NCBI GenBank assembly: GCA_963675515.1
Contig: OY776328.1
Coordinates: 300,001 to 332,000 of the forward strand
Length of the DNA: 32,000 bases
DNA from: Coprobacillaceae bacterium
GTDB lineage: Bacteria; Bacillota_I; Bacilli_A; Erysipelotrichales; Coprobacillaceae
Reading direction: 5' to 3'
Below the pieces are notes generated by a model. It searched no databases, was not told the origin of the DNA, and saw nothing but the letters and a program-made list of their open reading frames with translations. Positions 9,409 to 17,369 of this stretch are shown one piece after another (position 1 is the first letter of the stretch; every line of letters starts with the position of its first letter). The position numbers and the translations under genes are program-made.

Positions 9409-10835
9409 TGCGTGTTTTATTTGCAGCAAGCGAGGCCGTTCCTTTTATCAAATCGGGCGGTCTGGCTGACGTAATGGGTGCATTGCCCAAAGAATTGACA
9501 AAAAAAGGGGTTGAGACCCTGGTCGTATTGCCTAAATACAGCGACATGAAGATGGCGGATGAGTTGGAATATGTGACTTCATATGACATCTATATCGGTT
9601 GGCGCAAGGTATATTGCGGGATATTCAAGGCTGAGCTCTATGGGATAACCTATTACTTCATCGACAACGAAACCTACTTCCGCCGTCCTGGTCTTTATGG
9701 CTACCACGATGACAATGAACGCTTTGCCTTTTTCGATTTCGCGGTACTCGAGCTGATCAGCCATTTGGATCTTGGCATCGATGTGCTCCATCTTCATGAT
9801 TGGCAGACAGCTATGATAGCTATGGTCTACAAGGAAAGATACAGCTATTTTCCCGGATACGAGAATATCAAGATTGTGTTCACAATCCACAATATCGCCT
9901 TCCAGGGTAAATGCGATCCGAAACTGTTGACTGATCTTTTCAGTCTGGACAGCTATCTTTATTACAACGGGAATGCCCGTCATGATGATTGCCTTAACAT
10001 GATGAAAGCGGCGATTGTCTACAGTGATATCATCACAACCGTTTCTCCGACGTATGCCAAAGAGATACTGACACCTGAATATGGTGAAGGTTTGCACACT
10101 GTCCTTGAGCTGCGACGTTATGATCTGTATGGAATCCTTAACGGAATCGATTACGACATAAACGATCCGGAAACGGACAGCAGCCTTGTAGCCAATTTCA
10201 ACGCCGATAACTTCAGGGTTGAAAAAGTCAAAAACAAACTGGCTTTGCAAAAGGAAGTCGGTCTTGAACAAGACAGCAAGGTGCCTTTGATTGGCGTCGT
10301 GACCCGGCTGACCCGGCAAAAAGGACTTGACCTTATTCTCAACAAGCTTGAATTGCTTATGGAAGAGGAAGTCCAAGTCGTTATTCTTGGGGCTGGCGAC
10401 CAGGTGTATGAACAGGCACTAAAAGATATTGCCTGGAAATATGATGGCAAATTGTCGTTGCAGCTGAAATATGACTTCGGTCTTTCTTGCCGCATTTACG
10501 GCGGAACAGACATGTTCCTTATGCCTTCCTTGTTCGAACCGTGCGGGCTGTCTCAGATGATGGCGCTGCGCTATGGTTCGGTTCCGATTGTCCGGGAAAC
10601 GGGAGGGTTGAAAGATTCGGTCCCTGCCTACGATGATGAAAATCAGACTGGTCTTGGATTCTCGTTTGTGAATTTCAATGCTGAAGAAATGTATGACACT
10701 ATTCTTTATGCGCTTCATGTTTACTACAACGATCGTGAAGCCTTTGATGATCTGGTTGAGCGCGGCATGCTTGCCAAACTGGACTGGGAACATTCGGCCA
10801 TGGAATATTTGAAAATATACAAATCATTGCTCTAA
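9408..10835 (+). CDS. glgA: glycogen synthase (ADP-glucose type)
   Basis: MRVLFAASEAVPFIKSGGLADVMGALPKEL (KxGGL motif), HDWQTA, and PSLFEPCGLSQM are present. There is a 1-nt overlap with the glgD stop. Confidence 0.9.
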   Translation: MRVLFAASEAVPFIKSGGLADVMGALPKELTKKGVETLVVLPKYSDMKMADELEYVTSYDIYIGWRKVYCGIFKAELYGITYYFIDNETYFRRPGLYGYHDDNERFAFFDFAVLELISHLDLGIDVLHLHDWQTAMIAMVYKERYSYFPGYENIKIVFTIHNIAFQGKCDPKLLTDLFSLDSYLYYNGNARHDDCLNMMKAAIVYSDIITTVSPTYAKEILTPEYGEGLHTVLELRRYDLYGILNGIDYDINDPETDSSLVANFNADNFRVEKVKNKLALQKEVGLEQDSKVPLIGVVTRLTRQKGLDLILNKLELLMEEEVQVVILGAGDQVYEQALKDIAWKYDGKLSLQLKYDFGLSCRIYGGTDMFLMPSLFEPCGLSQMMALRYGSVPIVRETGGLKDSVPAYDDENQTGLGFSFVNFNAEEMYDTILYALHVYYNDREAFDDLVERGMLAKLDWEHSAMEYLKIYKSLL

Positions 10836-10841
10836 TCAATC

Positions 10842-10883
10842 AAATGCCGGCACGGCTTCTAAAAGTGCCGGCATTTGTGTTTT
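10842..10883 (+). terminator. rho-independent terminator
   Basis: A 12-bp stem, AAATGCCGGCAC (10842-10853) / GTGCCGGCATTT (10865-10876), is followed by GTGTTTT. Confidence 0.75.
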
Positions 10884-10926
10884 GAAGCAAAAAGTGCCGG
10901 TAATATCTGCCATTCACGTGAAATTG

Positions 10927-10955
10927 TTGCACTTAAGCGGTAATTTTAGTAAAAT
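10927..10955 (+). promoter_or_regulatory. sigma-A-type promoter
   Basis: TTGCAC (10927-10932), 17 nt, TAAAAT (10950-10955). Confidence 0.45.
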
Positions 10956-10973
10956 AGGAAAAGGAGGTTTCTT

Positions 10974-11486
10974 ATGAGAAGAATATTATTTTCGTTTTTG
11001 GGAGCAATAATTTTTTTAACCGGCTGTCAGTCTGACGAATTGTCTGATAACACGGTTAAAAATGGAATAGAATATCAAGTGAATGACAATATCTCTTTCT
11101 ATTATCCCGACACGTTTGAATTGAGCGGAGTCACAGGTGAAGAGGTTTCTTTTGCAAAAGATGATCAACAGATGTATTACCGGTCAATCGCGGATGATTC
11201 ACAAAATCAACTGGATGACCTGGATGAGCTTTATATCGGAACCCTTGAACAAAACGGAGCTGAAATAATCGATGTTTCAAAGCCGATAATCGCCAGTGGC
11301 CTTGACTGTTATTACATTACCGGAATCTACAGCGATGTCGCAATCCGTTTTAGCGAACTGGTCTATTTCACTTCATCGATGACCTATGTCTATGGCTATC
11401 GGGCTGCAAGCGATACATACAATGACAACAGTGATATTGTCCGGACATATTTGGAAACAATAGTAATTGATACAGGAGAAAAGTAA
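10974..11486 (+). CDS. hypothetical lipoprotein
   Basis: The signal peptide carries a lipobox, MRRILFSFLGAIIFLTGC. AGGAGG lies upstream. I recognise no other family. Confidence 0.6.
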   Translation: MRRILFSFLGAIIFLTGCQSDELSDNTVKNGIEYQVNDNISFYYPDTFELSGVTGEEVSFAKDDQQMYYRSIADDSQNQLDDLDELYIGTLEQNGAEIIDVSKPIIASGLDCYYITGIYSDVAIRFSELVYFTSSMTYVYGYRAASDTYNDNSDIVRTYLETIVIDTGEK

Positions 11487-12827
11487 ATGATTAAGTTGTT
11501 CAACAGTTTGACTAATCAAAAGGAAGAGTTCAAGCCAATCAGGGATAATGAGGTTTCGATATACGTTTGCGGGCCGACGGTTTACAATTACGTCCATATT
11601 GGAAATACACGCCCGATGATAATTTTTGATGTTTTAAGAAGGATGTTTGAATATTACGGCTATAAGGTCGTTTTTGTTTCCAATTTTACGGATGTCGATG
11701 ACAAGATAATCGCCGGAGCGAAAAATGAAGGAATCAGTGAAAAAGAACTGGCCGACAAATATATCAAGGCATATAACGAGGTCCGCGAGGCTTTGAACCT
11801 TGAGTTTCCGACGCATGCACCCCGCGTAACTGAAACGATGGATCAGATAATCGGATTCATCCAGGAGTTGATCGACTTGGGATATGGCTACGTCGTCGAC
11901 GGCGATGTCTATTTCCGGGTTGGCAAGGTTGCCGATTATGGTCAGCTGTCGAAAATCCAACTTGATGACCTCATAGCCGGCGCCAGCAATCGGGTAGACA
12001 ATGAAGACCAGAAGGAGTCACCGAGCGATTTTGCCCTGTGGAAAAAAACCGAAGACGGACTCAACTATGATTCGCCGTGGTCTAGGGGAAGACCTGGGTG
12101 GCACAGCGAGTGTGTGGTCATGATCAACGATATCTTTGACCAGGGAAAAATTGACATCCATGGCGGGGGGATGGATCTTAAATTCCCTCATCATGAAAAC
12201 GAGATTGCTCAGTCAATGGCGCTGCACCATCATCCCATTGCCCACATCTGGATGCATAACCAGATGATCAATATCAACAACGAGAAGATGTCCAAGTCCA
12301 AAGGAAATGTCCTCTGGGCCAAGGATCTTGTCAAACAGCTGGGCTGCAATGTATACAAATGGCTGATGCTCTCAAGTCATTATCGCAATCCTCTCAACTT
12401 CACTGACGAAGTGCTCAAGAATGTGCAAAAAGAAGTGGCGAAGGTTGAAAACGTGCTCAAGAGCACCAATCTTTATCTTCAGCTTCAGGGAAATGAAAAT
12501 CTTGATTTCGACCCTGAAAGAGTAAGCGTCATGGTTGGGGCACTGGCTGACGATTTGAACACATCGCTGGCACTGACAAGAATCCTGGATGTCGTCAAGG
12601 AACTCAATACTTCAACACGCCAGAAGGAAGTCGATGCAAACGAAGTCGCAAAATTGTTCAATACGCTAAAAAGAATGCTCGAGGTTTTGGGGTTCAAGAT
12701 CGAGCTGGGTGAACTTTCATCGGAAGATAAGGATTTATATCGGCGATGGAATGAAGCCAAAGGCATCAAGGATTTCGAAACCGCGGACAAATTGCGGATG
12801 GCACTGATTGAACGCGGGGTAATATGA
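11487..12827 (+). CDS. cysS: cysteine--tRNA ligase
   Basis: VYVCGPTVYNYVHIGNTRP (HIGH-type motif), KMSKS, and the WHSEC zinc-site region are present. The ATG directly abuts the lipoprotein stop. Confidence 0.9.
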   Translation: MIKLFNSLTNQKEEFKPIRDNEVSIYVCGPTVYNYVHIGNTRPMIIFDVLRRMFEYYGYKVVFVSNFTDVDDKIIAGAKNEGISEKELADKYIKAYNEVREALNLEFPTHAPRVTETMDQIIGFIQELIDLGYGYVVDGDVYFRVGKVADYGQLSKIQLDDLIAGASNRVDNEDQKESPSDFALWKKTEDGLNYDSPWSRGRPGWHSECVVMINDIFDQGKIDIHGGGMDLKFPHHENEIAQSMALHHHPIAHIWMHNQMININNEKMSKSKGNVLWAKDLVKQLGCNVYKWLMLSSHYRNPLNFTDEVLKNVQKEVAKVENVLKSTNLYLQLQGNENLDFDPERVSVMVGALADDLNTSLALTRILDVVKELNTSTRQKEVDANEVAKLFNTLKRMLEVLGFKIELGELSSEDKDLYRRWNEAKGIKDFETADKLRMALIERGVI

Positions 12828-13216
12828 TGGATCACAGTCTGAAAAATCCCCTGGTTTTGGCATATCTTGGCGACAGTGTGTTGGAAATGCATATCCGGAT
12901 GCATCTTATCGAGGATCAAAAAATAGGGAAAGTCAACCAGATGAACAAGATGGCATTGAACTATGTTTCGGCGGCCGCCCAACAGGAATTCATCAACCAC
13001 TTGCTCGCCCATGACTTGCTTGAGCCCCTGGAAAAACAGATATACCTGCGAGGTCGAAATCACAAAGAGGCCCGCTCCAAAAAGGGCAGCCATCACCATT
13101 CGACCGGGTTCGAGGCCATTCTGGGTTACCATCACCTCTGCAACAACGAACAAAGAATCCAGGAAATATTGGATCTTTATTATCATTATAATGATACAAA
13201 ATTGAGACGAATTTGA
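12824..13216 (+). CDS. mrnC: mini-ribonuclease III
   Basis: LAYLGDSVLEMHIRMHLI... and ...STGFEAILGY are present, at 130 aa. It overlaps cysS in an ATGA arrangement and holds the conserved position after cysS. Confidence 0.8.
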   Translation: MMDHSLKNPLVLAYLGDSVLEMHIRMHLIEDQKIGKVNQMNKMALNYVSAAAQQEFINHLLAHDLLEPLEKQIYLRGRNHKEARSKKGSHHHSTGFEAILGYHHLCNNEQRIQEILDLYYHYNDTKLRRI

Positions 13217-13236
13217 AAAACAGTTAAGGAAATAAT

Positions 13237-13953
13237 ATGAGACAATATATATATGGAAAAAACACCGTCGTGGAAGCGCTTAAATCAGGCGGAGTGACTA
13301 AGGTTTTTCTGGCTAACAATGACGAAAAAGTGATTAAATTATGCCAGGAAGCCAAGATCAAAGTTGAACCGATCACCAAGGATGGTGCATTCAAGCTGGT
13401 GGGCAAGGTCAACCATCAGGGTGTAATTGCCATCGGCAAAGAATATAACCTTTCCAGCGTCGAGGAGATTGTGGCAATCGGAAAGAAGAAGGAATATCCG
13501 CTCATCGTGTTGCTTGACGGCCTTGAGGATCCCCACAACCTGGGAGCGATTCTGAGATCTTGTGACGCGATGGATGTCGATGGTGTCATTATCGGCAAGA
13601 ATCGTTCGGTCGGTCTCAATGCCACCGTGGCAAAAGTATCGACAGGGGCAATCGATCATGTCAAAGTCGCAGCGGTCACCAATCTGGCAAGAACTCTTGA
13701 GGATTTGAAAAAGATTGGCTACTGGGTTGTCGGTCTTGACTTGCATGACTCGGTGGATTACCGCAAAGTTGATTACAAGATGCCCTGTGTGCTGGTAGTA
13801 GGTTCGGAAGGGAAGGGAATCTCCCGCCTGGTGAAAAAAAGCTGCGACCATAGCGTGGTCTTGCCCATGGTTGGGCACGTCAACTCGCTTAATGCGTCGG
13901 TGGCTACTGCCGTGATGCTATATCAGGTGCATAATTCCCGGAATCCGATTTAG
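13237..13953 (+). CDS. rlmB: 23S rRNA (guanosine-2'-O)-methyltransferase, TrmH family group 3 (RlmB/YacO)
   Basis: The SpoU motifs are LDGLEDPHNLGAILRSC, VVGSEGKGIS and SLNASVATAVMLY. Confidence 0.8.
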   Translation: MRQYIYGKNTVVEALKSGGVTKVFLANNDEKVIKLCQEAKIKVEPITKDGAFKLVGKVNHQGVIAIGKEYNLSSVEEIVAIGKKKEYPLIVLLDGLEDPHNLGAILRSCDAMDVDGVIIGKNRSVGLNATVAKVSTGAIDHVKVAAVTNLARTLEDLKKIGYWVVGLDLHDSVDYRKVDYKMPCVLVVGSEGKGISRLVKKSCDHSVVLPMVGHVNSLNASVATAVMLYQVHNSRNPI

Positions 13954-14085
13954 ATAAAACCGGTTAAATAAAATTACAGAAATTAGTCGCGTGGCCAACT
14001 GAGAGTTGCCCGCATCAAGGAAGATTCACAATAAAAAAGGAAAGCGAAGATATCCAGGAGGGTGATATCTTCATGAGGAAAAATA

Positions 14086-14679
14086 ATGAACTACTCGCTC
14101 GAAGAACTTTTATACTTGGCTAACCAGGGGTGTCCCTATGCATTTGATGCGTTCCATAAGGAAGTCCTGAAATTGGTTGATAATATGTATCGCTACGAGG
14201 CGATCAAGAGCAATATTTTCAAAAGTAAAAATTACAATGATTCAATCAATGTCGATATCAATGCGATTATCAAAGCGGCATACGGTTACCGCGATGATCG
14301 CAACTGCAGATTGAAGACATTTCTTTCGCGAGTTATTTCAAATAAAATAAAAACCTCTTTCCAGAAGGACATTAAAGAGAAAAAGGGCATGAGCAAGTAC
14401 GACTATGCCGAGTTGGAACAGTTCGTTCATCAGGCGGTTTTGTGCGCGCCCCAGAAAATATATGAGCCGGATTTCTATGTTGAGGTGACCAGTCAGATCA
14501 AGGATGCTTTGATTTTTGCCAAAGAAAACTGCTCAAAAACAGAAAACAGGATCCTGAGCCAAAAAGTTTATGGCTACAACATAGCGGAAATCGCCCAAGA
14601 CCTGAACAAACCGGCAAAGGCGGTTTACAACGGGGTTGACCGGATAAAGCAAAAAATGAAGCTTTTTAAAAAAGTTTGA
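14086..14679 (+). CDS. divergent sigma-70 family factor, SigH-like by position and pattern
   Basis: The C-terminal region-4 HTH is (YGYNIAEIAQDLNKPAKAVYNGVDRIKQKMK). The region-2/3-like stretch is (YRDDRNCRLKTFLSRVISNKIKTSFQKDIKEKK). It occupies the sigH slot between rlmB and rpmG-secE-nusG. GAGGAA lies 5 nt before the ATG. Confidence 0.55.
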   Translation: MNYSLEELLYLANQGCPYAFDAFHKEVLKLVDNMYRYEAIKSNIFKSKNYNDSINVDINAIIKAAYGYRDDRNCRLKTFLSRVISNKIKTSFQKDIKEKKGMSKYDYAELEQFVHQAVLCAPQKIYEPDFYVEVTSQIKDALIFAKENCSKTENRILSQKVYGYNIAEIAQDLNKPAKAVYNGVDRIKQKMKLFKKV

Positions 14680-14729
14680 CGGACAGCTGTTTTTATGATA
14701 ACCTTATCTAAGTTAGAAAGAGTGATAAA

Positions 14730-14879
14730 ATGAAAGAAAAAGTTATTTTGGTATGCAGCGAATGCCTTTCCCGCAACTATTCCATAACTAAAAACAAGAG
14801 AGTAAATGTCGAAAGACTTGAACTCCGCAAATATTGTAAAAAATGCGGGAAACATACGATTCACCGCGAAACCAAATAG
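14730..14879 (+). CDS. rpmG: 50S ribosomal protein L33 (49 aa, below the ORF-track cutoff)
   Basis: My translation is [49 protein letters not shown], with CxxC...CxxC zinc-ribbon cysteines. It lies immediately upstream of secE. Confidence 0.85.
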   Translation: MKEKVILVCSECLSRNYSITKNKRVNVERLELRKYCKKCGKHTIHRETK

Positions 14880-14888
14880 GAGAGAACT

Positions 14889-15077
14889 ATGAAAATTCGT
14901 GAATGGTTTAAGATCAAGGAAATCAGGACGCAAATCAAGAAAATTCATTGGTTGGAAAAAGACAAATTAGTCAAGAATTCAGGAATCGTAATCGGGTTTA
15001 CTTTTTTGATGGGGTTATTTTTCTACGCCAGTGATGGGATAATTGTGATAATTTTTAAAATGTTGGGGTTAAATTAA
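14889..15077 (+). CDS. secE: preprotein translocase subunit SecE
   Basis: It is 62 aa with a single C-terminal TM (GIVIGFTFLMGLFFYASDGIIVIIF), and has an EVRxE-like (EIRTQIKKIHW) N-terminus. It sits between rpmG and nusG. Confidence 0.8.
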   Translation: MKIREWFKIKEIRTQIKKIHWLEKDKLVKNSGIVIGFTFLMGLFFYASDGIIVIIFKMLGLN

Positions 15078-15078
15078 T

Positions 15079-15636
15079 ATGGCAGATATGAATGATGAAG
15101 GTAGACAATGGTATGTGGTCAATACATACTCTGGTCACGAATATAAAGTAAAAGAAAACATTGAAAAAAGAATAGAGTCCATGGGTCTTCAGGACATCCT
15201 GTTTCGGATAGTGGTTCCTGAACATGTGGAAACTGAAGTCAAAGATGGAAAGAAAGTAAATGTTTCAAAGACAATGTTCCCAGGTTACGTCCTGGTCGAA
15301 ATGATCATGACTGATGAAGCTTGGTACGTTGTCCGAAATACTCCAGGTGTTACCGGGTTTATCGGATCTTCGGGGGGAGGGGCAAAACCGTTCCCGTTGC
15401 AAAAATCCGAACTGGATCCGATTTTGAAGGCGATGAACATGACGCCGACATCATTTGAGATCGATTTTGCTCAAGGTGATGAGGTGCGAGTTGTGGCCGG
15501 ACCACTTAAGGATAAAGTTGGAAAAGTTGAATCGATTGACAGTGAAAAGGAAATTGCCAAGGTGTTGATTGACATTCTAGGTAACTTGAATATCGCAGAA
15601 ATCGAATTGGTTCAATTGGAAAAAGTTGATTATTAA
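15079..15636 (+). CDS. nusG: transcription termination/antitermination factor NusG
   Basis: The NGN domain is WYVVNTYSGHEYKVKENIE. The KOW motif is GDEVRVVAGPLKDKVGKVESID. Confidence 0.9.
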   Translation: MADMNDEGRQWYVVNTYSGHEYKVKENIEKRIESMGLQDILFRIVVPEHVETEVKDGKKVNVSKTMFPGYVLVEMIMTDEAWYVVRNTPGVTGFIGSSGGGAKPFPLQKSELDPILKAMNMTPTSFEIDFAQGDEVRVVAGPLKDKVGKVESIDSEKEIAKVLIDILGNLNIAEIELVQLEKVDY

Positions 15637-15641
15637 TCATC

Positions 15642-15671
15642 AGGCCAGCCTTGGAAGGGCTGCCTTTTTTT
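15642..15671 (+). terminator. rho-independent terminator
   Basis: AGGC(C)AGCC (15642-15650, one bulged C) pairs with GGCTGCCT (15658-15665), followed by T7. Confidence 0.65.
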
Positions 15672-15865
15672 GTTTCGGCACAAAAATGCGATTGTAACAA
15701 AGTCAAACCGCTATTGCCAAAAGGTGACTACAATTGGGTTATATGCAACAATTATCTAAAAAATCACACAATTCCCACATTCTCTTGAAACCTACTGGCA
15801 CCAACGGTTTTGGAGACGGCTGATTGAAAATATGCGATTATATGCCCTTTTTTTGATGGTTGGGG

Positions 15866-15894
15866 TTGCTTTAATTTTTTGTTTATTGTAGAAT
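15866..15894 (+). promoter_or_regulatory. candidate sigma-A-type promoter
   Basis: TTGCTT (15866-15871), 17 nt, TAGAAT (15889-15894). Confidence 0.35.
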
Positions 15895-15919
15895 TGTGTT
15901 TGAACTTTGGAGGTTTATT

Positions 15920-17326
15920 ATGTATAAATTAAAACATATCAAAGAATCAGTTATCACAAATATCAAAGAGCGCAAGGCGATGTTCATTCCGGCAGTTGCT
16001 GTTGCTTCCTTTGCTTTAGTGGGTTATGCGGCGGTTGACCGTGAAGCTCCGGTAATCGATTCCAACAATATTGAATTAGTTTACGGCCAAGAATTTTCGA
16101 CAAATTTAGTTGAAGTAAGTGACAATCATGATACCCGATCTGAATTGGATATCGTAGCCGATACAAGCTCATTAAATATTAATCAATTAGGTGAATACAC
16201 AATCAGGGTAACTGCAACAGACCAGTTTCAAAATGCGGTTACTAAGAATGTCCTCGTAAATGTAGTGGACAAAGAGGCTCCGCAATTACAAATCGTTGGC
16301 AGCCAAGTAGGTTATATGATCGAGGTCCCTGTAAAAGGATCGACAAATATTGCCGATTACATCAAAGCGACGGATGATGTCGATGGTGATGTCACTCCGT
16401 TCATTGAACAGTCGGCCCAATTGAGTACCAATGCATTAGGACTGCAGACAATAACCGTTCAAGTGGAAGACAGTTCAGGAAACCTTACTGACGAGACATT
16501 CTACTTCAATGTAATGGACACGGAAGCTCCTGAAGCTACTCTTTCAAATGGCGAGTCAATCACCTTGAATTATGGCGAAGACTTTGATCTGAAAAATTAT
16601 CTGACATTCAAAGATAATTTTGATGAAGATGTCGAAGTGACTGTTGAGGGAAGTGTCGATACCAAAAACGAAAATGATGTGCAGGAAATTACCGCAACAG
16701 CCATCGATTCTTCAGGCAATCAGACTGTCAATACCCTGACTTTCTCTGTCAAGGATACATCCGCACCGGAAATCAAATTGACAAAATCAAGTATCGATTT
16801 AGTCACTGGTGCAAGCATCAATACCAAGTCATATTTGGCGAGCGCAATTGACAACAAGGATGGGGATCTTACTTCAAAAGTTGAGATCTCAAGCATCGAC
16901 ACAAGCAGCGCTGGAACAAAAACCGTAACTTACACGGTGACCGACAGCGAAGGCAACAAGGCGCAAGCCACCTTGAAAGTCAATGTTTCTTCAATGGGAA
17001 GCAAGATTCTTTCGGTTGCCGCGACCAAACTGGGAGTTCCTTATGTATGGGGGGCGACCGGACCAAATTCATTTGACTGTTCGGGATTCACCCAGTGGGT
17101 ATATAACCAAGTGGGAATTTCGATTCCAAGAACGTCCTCATCCCAGATGGCAGCAGGAACAAAGGTATCAGTTTCTCAGGCCCGTCCAGGTGACTTGTTA
17201 TGGCGTGATGGCCATATTGCCATCTTTGTTGGAGGAGACACTTATATCCACGCACCGCATACCGGAGACGTTGTCCGTTATGCTACCGGAATAAGCTCTT
17301 TCACATACGCAATTCGTTTTTACTAA
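15920..17326 (+). CDS. membrane-anchored cell-wall hydrolase: four Ig-like (DUF5011-type) modules plus a C-terminal NlpC/P60 endopeptidase domain
   Basis: The N-terminal TM is (FIPAVAVASFALVGYAAV). Four modules of about 80 aa each begin D-x-E/S-A-P (DREAP, DKEAP, DTEAP, DTSAP). The C-terminus is GVPYVWGATGPNSFDCSGFTQWVY...GHIAIFVGGDTYIHAP (Cys/His catalytic pair). The start at ATG 15920 follows GGAGG. Confidence 0.8.
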   Translation: MYKLKHIKESVITNIKERKAMFIPAVAVASFALVGYAAVDREAPVIDSNNIELVYGQEFSTNLVEVSDNHDTRSELDIVADTSSLNINQLGEYTIRVTATDQFQNAVTKNVLVNVVDKEAPQLQIVGSQVGYMIEVPVKGSTNIADYIKATDDVDGDVTPFIEQSAQLSTNALGLQTITVQVEDSSGNLTDETFYFNVMDTEAPEATLSNGESITLNYGEDFDLKNYLTFKDNFDEDVEVTVEGSVDTKNENDVQEITATAIDSSGNQTVNTLTFSVKDTSAPEIKLTKSSIDLVTGASINTKSYLASAIDNKDGDLTSKVEISSIDTSSAGTKTVTYTVTDSEGNKAQATLKVNVSSMGSKILSVAATKLGVPYVWGATGPNSFDCSGFTQWVYNQVGISIPRTSSSQMAAGTKVSVSQARPGDLLWRDGHIAIFVGGDTYIHAPHTGDVVRYATGISSFTYAIRFY

Positions 17327-17330
17327 ACTA

Positions 17331-17357
17331 AAAGAGATTTGATATCTCTTTTTTTTA
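17331..17357 (+). terminator. rho-independent terminator
   Basis: AAAGAGAT (17331-17338) pairs with ATCTCTTT (17344-17351), followed by a T-run to 17357. Confidence 0.7.
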
Positions 17358-17369
17358 CGGAGGGAAAGA

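Noticed and set aside
9579-10376. 265-aa antisense ORF inside glgA; similar long antisense ORFs at 12485-13186, 13339-13878 and 17670-18137
   Set aside because: All lie entirely opposite well-supported sense genes (glgA, cysS/mrnC, rlmB, HAD). They lack SD sequences, and their translations are low-complexity with no recognisable motifs. This is typical of shadow ORFs.
10861-10900. Duplicated 11-mer AAAAGTGCCGG (10861-10871 and 10890-10900) after glgA
   Set aside because: The first copy is simply the 3' arm of the glgA terminator. The second could pair only weakly with the 5' arm. The repeat is too short to argue for a functional alternative structure.
15832-15891. 19-codon hydrophobic mini-ORF (MRLYALFLMVGVALIFCLL) upstream of the NlpC/P60 gene
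   Set aside because: It has no SD and overlaps the best promoter candidate for the downstream gene (15866-15894). The hydrophobicity is explained by a T-rich sequence.
15672-15919. Possible riboswitch (for example the cyclic-di-AMP ydaO type that often precedes cell-wall hydrolase genes) in the 283-nt nusG-hydrolase spacer
   Set aside because: I see none of the G-rich conserved segments or pseudo-symmetric helices of that class. A plausible promoter lies only about 25 nt upstream of the SD, which leaves a short leader. An Rfam scan would settle it.
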